A stretch of 51,056 nucleotides of DNA from NCBI GenBank assembly GCA_031281995.1, contig JAITEQ010000011.1, positions 1-51,056 of the forward strand. Direction: 5' to 3'. Made by a program: the position numbers and the translations under genes. Source of the stretch: Candidatus Endomicrobiellum africanum. Its GTDB lineage: Bacteria; Elusimicrobiota; Endomicrobiia; Endomicrobiales; Endomicrobiaceae. This document shows positions 10,110 through 18,853 of this stretch, piece by piece; position 1 is the first letter of the stretch, and the number at the start of each line of letters is the position of its first letter. The notes under the pieces are model-generated. The model made no database searches. It was not told the DNA's origin and was given only the letters and a program-made list of their open reading frames with translations.

Positions 10110-10556
10110 ATGGTTAAAGAAACTTCTTGTGGGGCTGTAATATATAAAATAGAAAATGCCAATCCTATATTTTTACTTGTAAAATCTGTTAAAAGTGGTA
10201 ACTGGGGTTTACCTAAAGGACATATGGAAAAAGGAGAAACAGAAAAAGAAACTGCTGTTAGGGAAATTTTTGAAGAAACAGGAATAAAGCAACTTAAATT
10301 TGACGATAATTTTAGGCAAGAAGATGTTTATATAATAGACAATGAAGAAACAATAAAGTTAGGATACAAAATAGAAAAACATGTGGTATATTTTTTTGCT
10401 TTGTCAGCTGGTAATGAAATTTTAGAATATGATAAAAAAGAAATATCTGAAAGTAGATGGGTAAATTTTCAAAAAGCAAAAGAGTTGCTTTTGTTTCATA
10501 ATTCAAAAGAAATTTTAAGTTTAGCTTATAAAAAAATTATAGAGGAGGGAGGGTAA
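10110..10556 (+). CDS. Nudix hydrolase (Ap4A hydrolase-like)
   Basis: Nudix box PKGHMEKGETEKETAVREIFEETG. Confidence 0.88.
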   Translation: MVKETSCGAVIYKIENANPIFLLVKSVKSGNWGLPKGHMEKGETEKETAVREIFEETGIKQLKFDDNFRQEDVYIIDNEETIKLGYKIEKHVVYFFALSAGNEILEYDKKEISESRWVNFQKAKELLLFHNSKEILSLAYKKIIEEGG

Positions 10557-10558
10557 AT

Positions 10559-11269
10559 ATGAGTAATCCACTTTTAAAAGACAGTGTTTTTAGTTCTCCA
10601 ATAAGAAGTAATGATGTTATGACAGTTTCGGGTACAATAAATAAAAGTATAATTCTTTGGGTACTGCTTATTGCTAGTGCGTTTTATTCTTGGACACATC
10701 CAAACATAATAATGCCTTTACTTGCGCCTTTGTTAATTGTTGGCTTTGTTATAGCTATGGTGTCTATTTTTAAAAAAGAGGCAACACCTTTTGTATCGCC
10801 ACTTTATGCAATATGTGAAGGTTTAATTTTAGGTGCAATATCTTTATCTTTTGAAAAATCTTATCCTGGTATTGTAGTAAATGCAATCCTATTAACTATG
10901 TGCGTTTTATTTTGTATGCTTGCAGCTTATAAGACTGGTATGCTAAGAGCTACGCCAAGGTTTCAGAAAGTTGTAGTTTTTTCAACGCTTGCTATTTGTT
11001 TAGTGTACGTTATAGATTTACTTTTAAATCTTTTTGGCGCAGGTAGTCTTTCGTATATTCACAATTCTTCAGGACTTGGAATAATTATTAGTTTAGTTAT
11101 AGTTGCAGTTGCTGCTTTAAACCTCATTATAGATTTTGATTTGATAGAGCAAGGTTCACAACAAGGTTCCCCTAAATATATGGAATGGTACAGCGCTTTT
11201 GCTCTAATGGTAACGTTGGTGTGGCTTTATTTTGAATGTTTAAGACTTTTAGGTAAAATAAGGGATTAA
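10559..11269 (+). CDS. Bax inhibitor-1/YccA-like membrane protein
   Basis: About 7 TM helices; NLIIDFDLIE...PKYMEWYSAFAL.VTLVWLY. Confidence 0.85.
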   Translation: MSNPLLKDSVFSSPIRSNDVMTVSGTINKSIILWVLLIASAFYSWTHPNIIMPLLAPLLIVGFVIAMVSIFKKEATPFVSPLYAICEGLILGAISLSFEKSYPGIVVNAILLTMCVLFCMLAAYKTGMLRATPRFQKVVVFSTLAICLVYVIDLLLNLFGAGSLSYIHNSSGLGIIISLVIVAVAALNLIIDFDLIEQGSQQGSPKYMEWYSAFALMVTLVWLYFECLRLLGKIRD

Positions 11270-11270
11270 A

Positions 11271-11858
11271 TTGTTATTAGACAAAACAGTTTTTTTTATG
11301 GCAACTTCTGATGCAAAAACTTTACCTCAAAGTGTTGCAGAAGTTGTTTTTGTTGGCAGATCTAATGTAGGTAAAAGCAGTGTTATAAACGCTTTATGTT
11401 CTAGGAAAAATCTTGCCAGAACTTCAAAAACTCCTGGCAGGACAAGGAGCATAAATGTTTACAGTATTGTCATAAAAAAATGGCTTATAGATTTACCGGG
11501 TTATGGTTTTGCAAAAGTAAGTTTTAAAGAAAAAGAACTCTGGAACAAAATGATAGAAGAATGCATAATTCAAAGGAAAAGCAAAAAAACAGTCTATGTT
11601 ATTATAGATGGTTTTGTAGGACCTACAGAACTAGATTTTTATATGGTTTGTTGGTTAAAAGAACATAAAGTACCTTTTAAAATAATTGTAAACAAATGTG
11701 ACAAAGTGCCAAACATAATTTCTCAAGAAGAGATAAAAAATAAGGCAACAGAACTTTTTAAAATAGATTCAGAAAATGTGTTTACAATAAGTGCGAAAAA
11801 AAGAAATGGTTTTGATAAACTTCACTTGGACATAATAAGATTTTTAGGTATAAAATAA
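11271..11858 (+). CDS. engB: Ribosome biogenesis GTPase EngB/YsxC
   Basis: GRSNVGKSS, SKTPGRT, DLPGYG, NKCD. Confidence 0.93.
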   Translation: MLLDKTVFFMATSDAKTLPQSVAEVVFVGRSNVGKSSVINALCSRKNLARTSKTPGRTRSINVYSIVIKKWLIDLPGYGFAKVSFKEKELWNKMIEECIIQRKSKKTVYVIIDGFVGPTELDFYMVCWLKEHKVPFKIIVNKCDKVPNIISQEEIKNKATELFKIDSENVFTISAKKRNGFDKLHLDIIRFLGIK

Positions 11859-11869
11859 AGGATAAAAGT

Positions 11870-12346
11870 ATGTCTAATCGTCCATCTTGGGATAATTATT
11901 TTGTAAAGCTTGCTTGGCTTGTAGCAGAAAGGTCAACATGTATGCGTCATCATGTTGGTGCTGTTATTGTAAAGGATAAAAGGATTCTTACAACTGGTTA
12001 TAATGGAGCAGCTACTTCTGCAAAAGATTGTTTAGAGATGGGTTGTTTGAGAAATGAGCTAAAAATTCCTTCAGGACAAAGACACGAAATATGTAGAGCA
12101 ATACACGCTGAGCAGAATGCTATTATTCAAGGTGGTTATAATGGTATAAACATAAAAGATGCTACTCTTTATTGCACACATTCTCCCTGTGTTTTGTGTG
12201 CAAAAATGATAGTAAATGCTGGTATCAAAAGAGTAGTTGCAGATATTGAGTACCCTGACAACACGTTTAAAGATCTTTTTTTAGAGGCAAATATAAAATT
12301 TTCCACATTACATGTTGAAAATTTAATAATAGCTCAAGTTAAATGA
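11870..12346 (+). CDS. dCMP deaminase (ComEB-like)
   Basis: RPSWDNYF, TGYNG, HAEQNA, PCVLC zinc ligands. Confidence 0.9.
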   Translation: MSNRPSWDNYFVKLAWLVAERSTCMRHHVGAVIVKDKRILTTGYNGAATSAKDCLEMGCLRNELKIPSGQRHEICRAIHAEQNAIIQGGYNGINIKDATLYCTHSPCVLCAKMIVNAGIKRVVADIEYPDNTFKDLFLEANIKFSTLHVENLIIAQVK

Positions 12347-12372
12347 GCTATAAAATAAAGGGTGGGGGTCTT

Positions 12373-12813
12373 ATGAAAAAAGTTTTGTTAGCTTTATGTG
12401 GTGTTTTCTTTTTGTGTAGTGTAGTACCTCAAGTATCTTTTTCAGCACACAAGGATATGGATAAAGGGGATGCTAAAGAAAAGTTGATAAAGGATAAATC
12501 TAAGTATGTAGCCAAATTAGATGCTTTATTAGCTAAGTATGAATCTGCAGGAGAAAAAGATAAAGAGTCCATAAAAAAGGAGATAAAAAAGTTAGTAAAG
12601 TCTAATTTAGATAAAAATGCAGCTTTTAAACAAGCTATAATAGAGCAAAAGAAAAAGATAATAGAAAAACTTGAAAAAGAACTTGCCGATATTAAAGCTG
12701 ACAAGGATAAATATATAGATGATAAAGTAGATTTTCTTGTAAGTCCTGAAGGGATAGCAAAAACACACGATAAAGCTTTAACAAATAGTGAAGAAAAACC
12801 TAAAACTAAATAA
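12373..12813 (+). CDS. Secreted Lys-rich helical hypothetical protein
   Basis: Signal peptide MKKVLLALCGVFFL... after G-rich RBS; start moved from 12343. Confidence 0.7.
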   Translation: MKKVLLALCGVFFLCSVVPQVSFSAHKDMDKGDAKEKLIKDKSKYVAKLDALLAKYESAGEKDKESIKKEIKKLVKSNLDKNAAFKQAIIEQKKKIIEKLEKELADIKADKDKYIDDKVDFLVSPEGIAKTHDKALTNSEEKPKTK

Positions 12814-12827
12814 CGTAAATAAGTTAA

Positions 12828-12868
12828 AGAAAAAAAGAGCATCATTTATAATGATGCTCTTTTTTTCT
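12828..12868. terminator. Bidirectional intrinsic terminator between convergent genes
   Basis: AGAAAAAAAGAGCATCAT-TTATA-ATGATGCTCTTTTTTTCT perfect inverted repeat with A and T tracts. Confidence 0.88.
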
Positions 12869-12881
12869 AATCAATAAGTAT

Positions 12882-14054
12882 TTAAAAGCTCATTCTTGTT
12901 CTTACACCTGCAACAACTATATTATCTTTTACTACCGCATTGCCACCTTTAGGATCAATGAAATACTGAACAGCTGGTGTGATTGCAAAATTTTTGTTTA
13001 TCCCGAAATTATAATATAGTTCCATTTCTGTTTCTGCACCATCTTTATAGTTAGAATCTACTTCTTTATAGTCTTTAGAGCCATACATTTGTCCTATTGC
13101 AAAACCAGTAGTGTCTGTAGGTCTAGACCAAATATTTCCACTAACTTGTACTCCAGCATCCCAAGACATAGACAATGGCTGTGTTAATTGTGTTGGTGTT
13201 ATTTCAGAAGAAGTTGATTTAAGTACTGTAACAGAAGAGTCTTTATATGAAACTCTTCCAAAAACGCCTACGTTTTTACTAACTGCCTGGTCTGCACTTA
13301 TACCAAACCCGTAAACGCCAGACTTTTTATTTATATCTTTTAGAGAGTAGTGATTTTTATTATTACCCCAAACATAAGCAAGCAAATTGCAGCATTTGTT
13401 GGGCGAATATGTAAGCTGTGCTACATTAACTCCAGTAGAATCTACATGATCTATATCAGTTGAAAAATAAGCGTATGTGATTTTAAAGTTTTCAACTATA
13501 TTATAAGCTAATGCTAATGCTAAGCGTTGAGGAGGAGTTTCTACTATTTTGTCTCCGCTAAAAAGTGACGTTATGAATTTAGAGTCACTGTCATTAGAAT
13601 ATTTGTTACTTGCAAAAAACGAGTTGAAATTTAGTTTTCCAAAGTCTATAGTAAGTTTATCATCTAACATGGACTGTTGGTAGTATAGTTTTGTAACTTT
13701 AGCAAGTGTGTCAGCCGCGTCGTTTAAAGTAGGGTCAGATACAGCATTGGGAGGTGAATATGTGTCTAATTTACTGTTTAAACCTTTACCTCTACCACCT
13801 TGAAATTGAACTAAAACTTTACCATTGTGTTCAAAATTTTTCTCTAATGTTAAATCGAAAAGATATACACCTGCAGAAGCGCCTTCCACATCGTTTTGTA
13901 TATTTTCTTTAGGAGTGTCTTGGAGAACGAAAGTTCCACCACCTTTAACTTTAATGCCAAATTGTTCTGCTACTGAGTCTGCTGAAAACATTTTTGCAGG
14001 TACAACTAAAGTAAAAACAATAATTAAGATTGTTAATTTTATAAAGCCCTTCAA
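12882..14054 (-). CDS. OprB-family carbohydrate-selective porin
   Basis: Signal peptide, beta-strand pattern, ETEMELYYNF, ITPAVQYFIDP, C-terminal Phe; TTG start 14054 with AAGGAG RBS. Confidence 0.8.
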   Translation of the reverse strand: MKGFIKLTILIIVFTLVVPAKMFSADSVAEQFGIKVKGGGTFVLQDTPKENIQNDVEGASAGVYLFDLTLEKNFEHNGKVLVQFQGGRGKGLNSKLDTYSPPNAVSDPTLNDAADTLAKVTKLYYQQSMLDDKLTIDFGKLNFNSFFASNKYSNDSDSKFITSLFSGDKIVETPPQRLALALAYNIVENFKITYAYFSTDIDHVDSTGVNVAQLTYSPNKCCNLLAYVWGNNKNHYSLKDINKKSGVYGFGISADQAVSKNVGVFGRVSYKDSSVTVLKSTSSEITPTQLTQPLSMSWDAGVQVSGNIWSRPTDTTGFAIGQMYGSKDYKEVDSNYKDGAETEMELYYNFGINKNFAITPAVQYFIDPKGGNAVVKDNIVVAGVRTRMSF

Positions 14055-14276
14055 TTTATAATCTCCTTTTAAAATAGATTTTAGATACATAATACAAAAA
14101 AAACAAAAATAGGGCAATTGTGAAAAAAAGTAAGATTGTATATCTAGCACCTTTACTATGTTACTAAATATATAATTTATAGTCTTGCTTTATAAAGTTT
14201 AACATGAAAATTATGTATAATCTCATTTTGAGATCGTATTTCAAAATGTTGAGTTATAGTAGTGTATATAATAAAC

Positions 14277-14306
14277 TTGAAAACTGTTTTGAGATTTTGA
14301 TAAAAT
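14277..14306 (+). promoter_or_regulatory. Probable rpsB-tsf promoter
   Basis: TTGAAA 14277-14282, 18 bp, extended -10 TGaTAAAAT ending 14306. Confidence 0.55.
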
Positions 14307-14335
14307 CTTTAAGATTTTATAGATGTTTTAATGAG

Positions 14336-14450
14336 CACACAGTTGGATTGCTAAAAGTTCCCTAAATTTTAGGGTTTTAGAGACTTAAAGCTGTGGAAGC
14401 CGTGAGGCGAATGATAAACGTCTTAAAACGGAACTGCTAAGTTGCAGTAA
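14336..14450 (+). ncRNA. Structured rpsB 5' leader (t44/S2-leader-like)
   Basis: CACAC start; CACAG 14338-14342 pairs with CTGTG 14391-14395; inner CTAAAA/TTTTAG and CCCTAA/TTAGGG; two more hairpins before the AGGAG RBS. Confidence 0.6.
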
Positions 14451-14467
14451 AAACAAAGGAGACTAGC

Positions 14468-15253
14468 GTGGCAAACATTACAATGAAAGCTTTATTAGAA
14501 GCAGGTGTCCATTTTGGGCACCAAACAAGAAGATGGAACCCAAAAATGGCAAAGTTTATTTTTGGTACTAGGAACAAAATCCATATTATAGATCTTCAAA
14601 AAACGTTAAAAGAATTAAAAAAAATTTATAGAGTTGTAAGAGATTTTATTGCAGAAGGTAAAGATATAATATTTGTAGGCACGAAAAAACAAGCCCAAAC
14701 GCCAATTAAGGAAGAATCTCTTCGTTGTGGAGCACATTTTGTTTCTGATAGATGGCTAGGTGGAACTCTAACAAATTTTGAAACATTGAAAAAATCTATT
14801 GCAAGATATAAAGAAATAGAAAAAATGAAAGAAGAAGGCATATTTAAGCTTCTTTCAAAAAAAGAGCAATCTAAAATTGAAAAAGAAAGAGTAAGACTAG
14901 AGAAATCTTTAGAAGGTTTAAAGAACATGTCTGCTCTACCAGATCTTATGTTTGTAATAGATCCGCATGAGGAGTCAACAGCGGTTTTAGAAGCAAGAAA
15001 ACTAAACATACCTGTTGTTGCAATTTGTGACACCAATTGTGATCCGGATTTAGTTAACTTTCCAATTCCAGGAAATGACGATGCTATAAGAGCTGTAAAA
15101 CTGTTTTGTTCTATTATTGCGGATGCAGTTTTAGAAGGAAAAGGTATTAAAGAAAAAAAATATGAAGTGCAATCGACACTTAATTCTCCTATAGAAGAGG
15201 TAGAAGAAGAAGTTGTAGCGTCAGAAAATGTTGTTCAAGGAGAAGTGAAATAA
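14468..15253 (+). CDS. rpsB: 30S ribosomal protein S2
   Basis: [25 protein letters not shown]. Confidence 0.98.
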   Translation: MANITMKALLEAGVHFGHQTRRWNPKMAKFIFGTRNKIHIIDLQKTLKELKKIYRVVRDFIAEGKDIIFVGTKKQAQTPIKEESLRCGAHFVSDRWLGGTLTNFETLKKSIARYKEIEKMKEEGIFKLLSKKEQSKIEKERVRLEKSLEGLKNMSALPDLMFVIDPHEESTAVLEARKLNIPVVAICDTNCDPDLVNFPIPGNDDAIRAVKLFCSIIADAVLEGKGIKEKKYEVQSTLNSPIEEVEEEVVASENVVQGEVK

Positions 15254-15849
15254 TGTCAACAGAACTTATAACAAAATTGAGAGAAATGACTGGTGCAGGT
15301 ATAATGGATTGTAGCAATGCGCTTAGAGAATCTTCTAACGATATAGAAAAAGCTTGCCAATGGCTTAGAGAAAAAGGTATGGCGTCTGCTGTTAAGAAAG
15401 CAGGTAGAGCTGCAAAGCAAGGTTTAGTGTATTCTTATATACATGGTAATGGTACACTTGGAGTTTTAGTTGAAGTTAACTGTGAAACAGATTTTGTTGC
15501 AAAAACAGAAGATTTTCAATCTTTAGTTAAAGAAATTGCAATGCAGGTTGCTGCAGTTGCTCCTACTTATGTTTCTAAAGAGCAAGTGCCTACAAGTATT
15601 ATTGAAGCTGAAAAGGAAATTTATAAAGCTCAACTCAAAGAAGAAGGCAAATCTGAAAAAGTTTGGGATAAAATAATTGAAGGTAAAATTGAAAAGTTTT
15701 ATGGACAAATATGTTTATATGATCAAATTTATATAAGAGATACTTCAGGAAAAGAAACAATTAGAGATTTTGTTACAAAAGCAATAGCAAAAATTGGTGA
15801 AAATATTATAATAAAAAGGTTTGCAAGATTTAAACTCGGAGAAGAATAA
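15253..15849 (+). CDS. tsf: Elongation factor Ts (short form)
   Basis: LREMTGAGIMDC, EVNCETDFVA; 198 aa. Confidence 0.97.
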   Translation: MSTELITKLREMTGAGIMDCSNALRESSNDIEKACQWLREKGMASAVKKAGRAAKQGLVYSYIHGNGTLGVLVEVNCETDFVAKTEDFQSLVKEIAMQVAAVAPTYVSKEQVPTSIIEAEKEIYKAQLKEEGKSEKVWDKIIEGKIEKFYGQICLYDQIYIRDTSGKETIRDFVTKAIAKIGENIIIKRFARFKLGEE

Positions 15850-15851
15850 AT

Positions 15852-16547
15852 ATGCGCTCAAAAAGAATGCTTTTAAAACTTTCTGGTAAATCGTTTTCTA
15901 TGGGGCAGTCTTATGTTAGTCAAGGTTGCCTTTTAAGAACGGTAGAAGAAATAAAACTTGCACTTTCTAGCGGTGTGGAGCTTTCTATAGTTGTTGGAGC
16001 GGGTAATATTTGGAGAGGAGAAGGTAAATTTATAGAAAGAATTACTGCAGATAAGATGGGGATGCTTGCTACAGTTATGAATGCTTTAGCTTTAAACGAA
16101 GCATTATTAAAAGCTAAAATAAAATCTGTAGTTTTGTCTGCAAGTGGTGTAAGTGGTTTTGTAGAGACTTTTAATAGAGAGAAAGCTATAAACTATATTG
16201 AGGGTGGGTATGTGGTTATCTTTGCAGGTGGTATAGGAAATCCGTTCTTTACTACAGATACTACTGCAGCTTTAAGAGCTGCTGAAATAAAAGCAAATGT
16301 ATTACTAAAAGCTACACAAGTAGATGGTGTTTATAGTGCAGACCCAAAGAAAAATAAAAACGCAGTAAAATATGTTTCTTTGACTTTTAAAGAAGCGTTA
16401 GATAAACAGTTGAAAGTGATGGACAGTGAAGCGTTTTCCTTGTGTAGTCGAACAAATATTTCTATTGTTGTTTTTAATTTTTATAAAGATGGAAATTTAA
16501 AAAAAGTTTTAAATGGTGAAAAAATAGGTACGATAGTGGAGGCTTAA
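15852..16547 (+). CDS. pyrH: UMP kinase
   Basis: LLKLSG, GNIWRG, GNPFFTTDT, VDGVYSADP. Confidence 0.95.
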   Translation: MRSKRMLLKLSGKSFSMGQSYVSQGCLLRTVEEIKLALSSGVELSIVVGAGNIWRGEGKFIERITADKMGMLATVMNALALNEALLKAKIKSVVLSASGVSGFVETFNREKAINYIEGGYVVIFAGGIGNPFFTTDTTAALRAAEIKANVLLKATQVDGVYSADPKKNKNAVKYVSLTFKEALDKQLKVMDSEAFSLCSRTNISIVVFNFYKDGNLKKVLNGEKIGTIVEA

Positions 16548-16548
16548 A

Positions 16549-17109
16549 ATGCAAGTTCAAAGTTTTTTTGTGGCGTCGCAAGAAGCCATGAAAAAAACTA
16601 TAGATAGGTTAAAATCTGAGTTGTCTGCTGTACGAACAGGAAGAGCAAGTAGTACTGTTATAGAGAACATTAAAGTTGAAAGTTACGGTACTATTATGAC
16701 TATTAATCAAGTTGCCAATGTCAGTGTGCCTGACGCAAAAACAATAGAAGTAAGACCTTGGGATGTTTCTCAGCTTGGGGTTATAGAAAAAGCTATTCTT
16801 AAAGCAGATACAGGAATGAGACCCATCAATGATGGCAAACTTATACGTATTAGTGCTCCTCCTTTAACAGAAGACAGAAGAAAGGAAATAGCAAAATCTA
16901 TTAGTAGAATGGCAGAAGATTTTAGAGTAACTGTAAGAAATGAAAGAAGAACTTTATTTGAAAATATAAAAAAGCTTGAAAAAGATAAAATTATAACAGA
17001 AGATGACAGAAAAAAGTTTGAAGTTGAAGCTCAAAAGATAACTGACAATTTTGTAAAATTAATAGACGAGTTAATAGCGTCAAAAGAAAAAGAAGTTATG
17101 CAAATATAA
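16549..17109 (+). CDS. frr: Ribosome recycling factor
   Basis: VRTGRA, PPLTEDRRKE. Confidence 0.97.
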   Translation: MQVQSFFVASQEAMKKTIDRLKSELSAVRTGRASSTVIENIKVESYGTIMTINQVANVSVPDAKTIEVRPWDVSQLGVIEKAILKADTGMRPINDGKLIRISAPPLTEDRRKEIAKSISRMAEDFRVTVRNERRTLFENIKKLEKDKIITEDDRKKFEVEAQKITDNFVKLIDELIASKEKEVMQI

Positions 17110-17134
17110 ATAAAAAAATAGGAGGGAGCAGTAA

Positions 17135-17308
17135 ATGGCGTATCAAATTAATGCAAGTGCATGTGTAGGATGTGGAGCTTGTGCAGGTAATTGTCCAGTT
17201 TCTGCGATAGAACCTAAAGACAACAAGTATGTAATAAATTCAGATGTTTGTGTAAGCTGTGGAGCTTGTGAGTCTACTTGCCCAATAAACGCAATTTCAC
17301 AACAATAG
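17135..17308 (+). CDS. 2[4Fe-4S] clostridial-type ferredoxin, 57 aa (below ORF-track cutoff)
   Basis: MAYQINASACVGCGACAGNCPVSAIEPKDNKYVINSDVCVSCGACESTCPINAISQQ; two CxxCxxCxxxCP motifs; GGAGG RBS. Confidence 0.95.
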   Translation: MAYQINASACVGCGACAGNCPVSAIEPKDNKYVINSDVCVSCGACESTCPINAISQQ

Positions 17309-17315
17309 GCTGACT

Positions 17316-18008
17316 TTGATACCCGTACATGTAGCTATTATAATGGATGGGAATGGTAGATGGGCAAAGAAAAGAGCTTTACCCAGAACTTTTGGACATA
17401 AGCAAGGGGTCAAAACCATAAAAAAAATTGTTAAGGCTGCAAGTAGTCTTGGAATTAAGGTTTTGACACTTTATGCTTTTTCAACAGAAAATTGGAAACG
17501 CCCAAAGAGCGAAATAAAAGCTTTGATGATTTTACTTAAATATTTTTTATCTAAAGAAGTTGACGAGTTAAATAAAGAAGGTGTTAAACTAAGAGTCTTA
17601 GGGGACTTGTCAAAATTTTCAGAAGATATAAAAATAGAAATAAAAAAAGCGTGTGATCTTACTTGTAATAATACAGGATTAAATCTGAACATAGCTTTAA
17701 ATTATGGAGCAAGACAAGAAATTTTACAAGCTTTTGAGAAAATGTTAAAGCAAGGGATAAAAAAGCCTACAGAAGCCACTTTATCTTCTTTTTTATATAC
17801 TGCAGGTCAGCCTGATCCTGATTTACTTATTCGTACTTCGGGTGAGTTTAGAATATCAAATTTTCTCCTTTGGCAAATTGCGTATTCTGAAATTTATATA
17901 GTAGATAAACTTTGGCCTGATTTTAGTAAAAAGGATTTGGAAAGCGCAATAATAAACTTCCAAAGTAGACAAAGACGCTTTGGTGGAGTTGTATTAGAAA
18001 AACAGTAA
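17316..18008 (+). CDS. uppS: Undecaprenyl diphosphate synthase
   Basis: HVAIIMDGNGRWA, FSTENWKR, RTSGEFRISNF. Confidence 0.96.
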   Translation: MIPVHVAIIMDGNGRWAKKRALPRTFGHKQGVKTIKKIVKAASSLGIKVLTLYAFSTENWKRPKSEIKALMILLKYFLSKEVDELNKEGVKLRVLGDLSKFSEDIKIEIKKACDLTCNNTGLNLNIALNYGARQEILQAFEKMLKQGIKKPTEATLSSFLYTAGQPDPDLLIRTSGEFRISNFLLWQIAYSEIYIVDKLWPDFSKKDLESAIINFQSRQRRFGGVVLEKQ

Positions 18009-18055
18009 AAGATAACTGCAATTGTCTAATGCAATATTTAAATTTGGAGATTCCA

Positions 18056-18853
18056 ATGTTATTAACTAGAATATTGACGGCAATTGTAGGTATCCCTATT
18101 GTATTTTTATGTATATTTGTAGGTAATATGTTGTTTTATTTAATGATGTTTGTGGTATCTTTTTTTTGTGTTTATGAATATTTAAACATTTCAAAAAAAT
18201 ATAATCCTCATGTACTAATTTCGCTTGTGATGGCAGTTTTGTTTTTTGTATTTTTACAATTCTTTAATAATTTTTCTGTAAACAAGGTATCTTTTTCTGC
18301 TATTGTAATATCATTAGTACTTTTTGTTAAAGAAATTTTTGGAGAAAACCCTAAACATGCTGTTGAAAGGGTTGCAGTTTCGTTTTTAGGAGCGTTTTTT
18401 ATACCGCTTTCTTTAATGCATATGGTGTATTTACGTAATTTATATGGCGGTATGGAAATAATATTTTTTATTTTCCTTGTAGTTTGGGTGTTAGACACAG
18501 CAGCTTATGCTTTTGGTTTTATATTTGGTAAACACAAGCTTGTTCAGCATATAAGTCCTAAAAAAACAGTGGAAGGTGCTATAATTGGAGTTATTTTTGG
18601 GTTATTGACAGCTGCTATATGTAGAACAATGTTTATGAGCGATATTTTAAGTATGCGCGATTCTATAGTGCTTGGTTTTATAATTTCTATTGTTGGCCAA
18701 TTTTCAGACTTAGCAGAATCTCTTATAAAAAGAGATGGGGATATAAAAGATTCTGGTAAAACAATTCCAGGGCATGGCGGATTTTTTGATAGGTTTGATT
18801 CTTATATTTTTGCTGCACCTGCTGTATACTATGTTTTAAAGTTTTTAGAATGA
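18056..18853 (+). CDS. cdsA: Phosphatidate cytidylyltransferase
   Basis: ISPKKTVEG, KDSG..IPGHGG..DRFDS; GGAG RBS before ATG 18056. Confidence 0.95.
   Translation: MLLTRILTAIVGIPIVFLCIFVGNMLFYLMMFVVSFFCVYEYLNISKKYNPHVLISLVMAVLFFVFLQFFNNFSVNKVSFSAIVISLVLFVKEIFGENPKHAVERVAVSFLGAFFIPLSLMHMVYLRNLYGGMEIIFFIFLVVWVLDTAAYAFGFIFGKHKLVQHISPKKTVEGAIIGVIFGLLTAAICRTMFMSDILSMRDSIVLGFIISIVGQFSDLAESLIKRDGDIKDSGKTIPGHGGFFDRFDSYIFAAPAVYYVLKFLE

Noticed and set aside
15253-15849. Truncated EF-Ts pseudogene
   Set aside because: Short ~200-aa EF-Ts is a known natural form and both termini are intact
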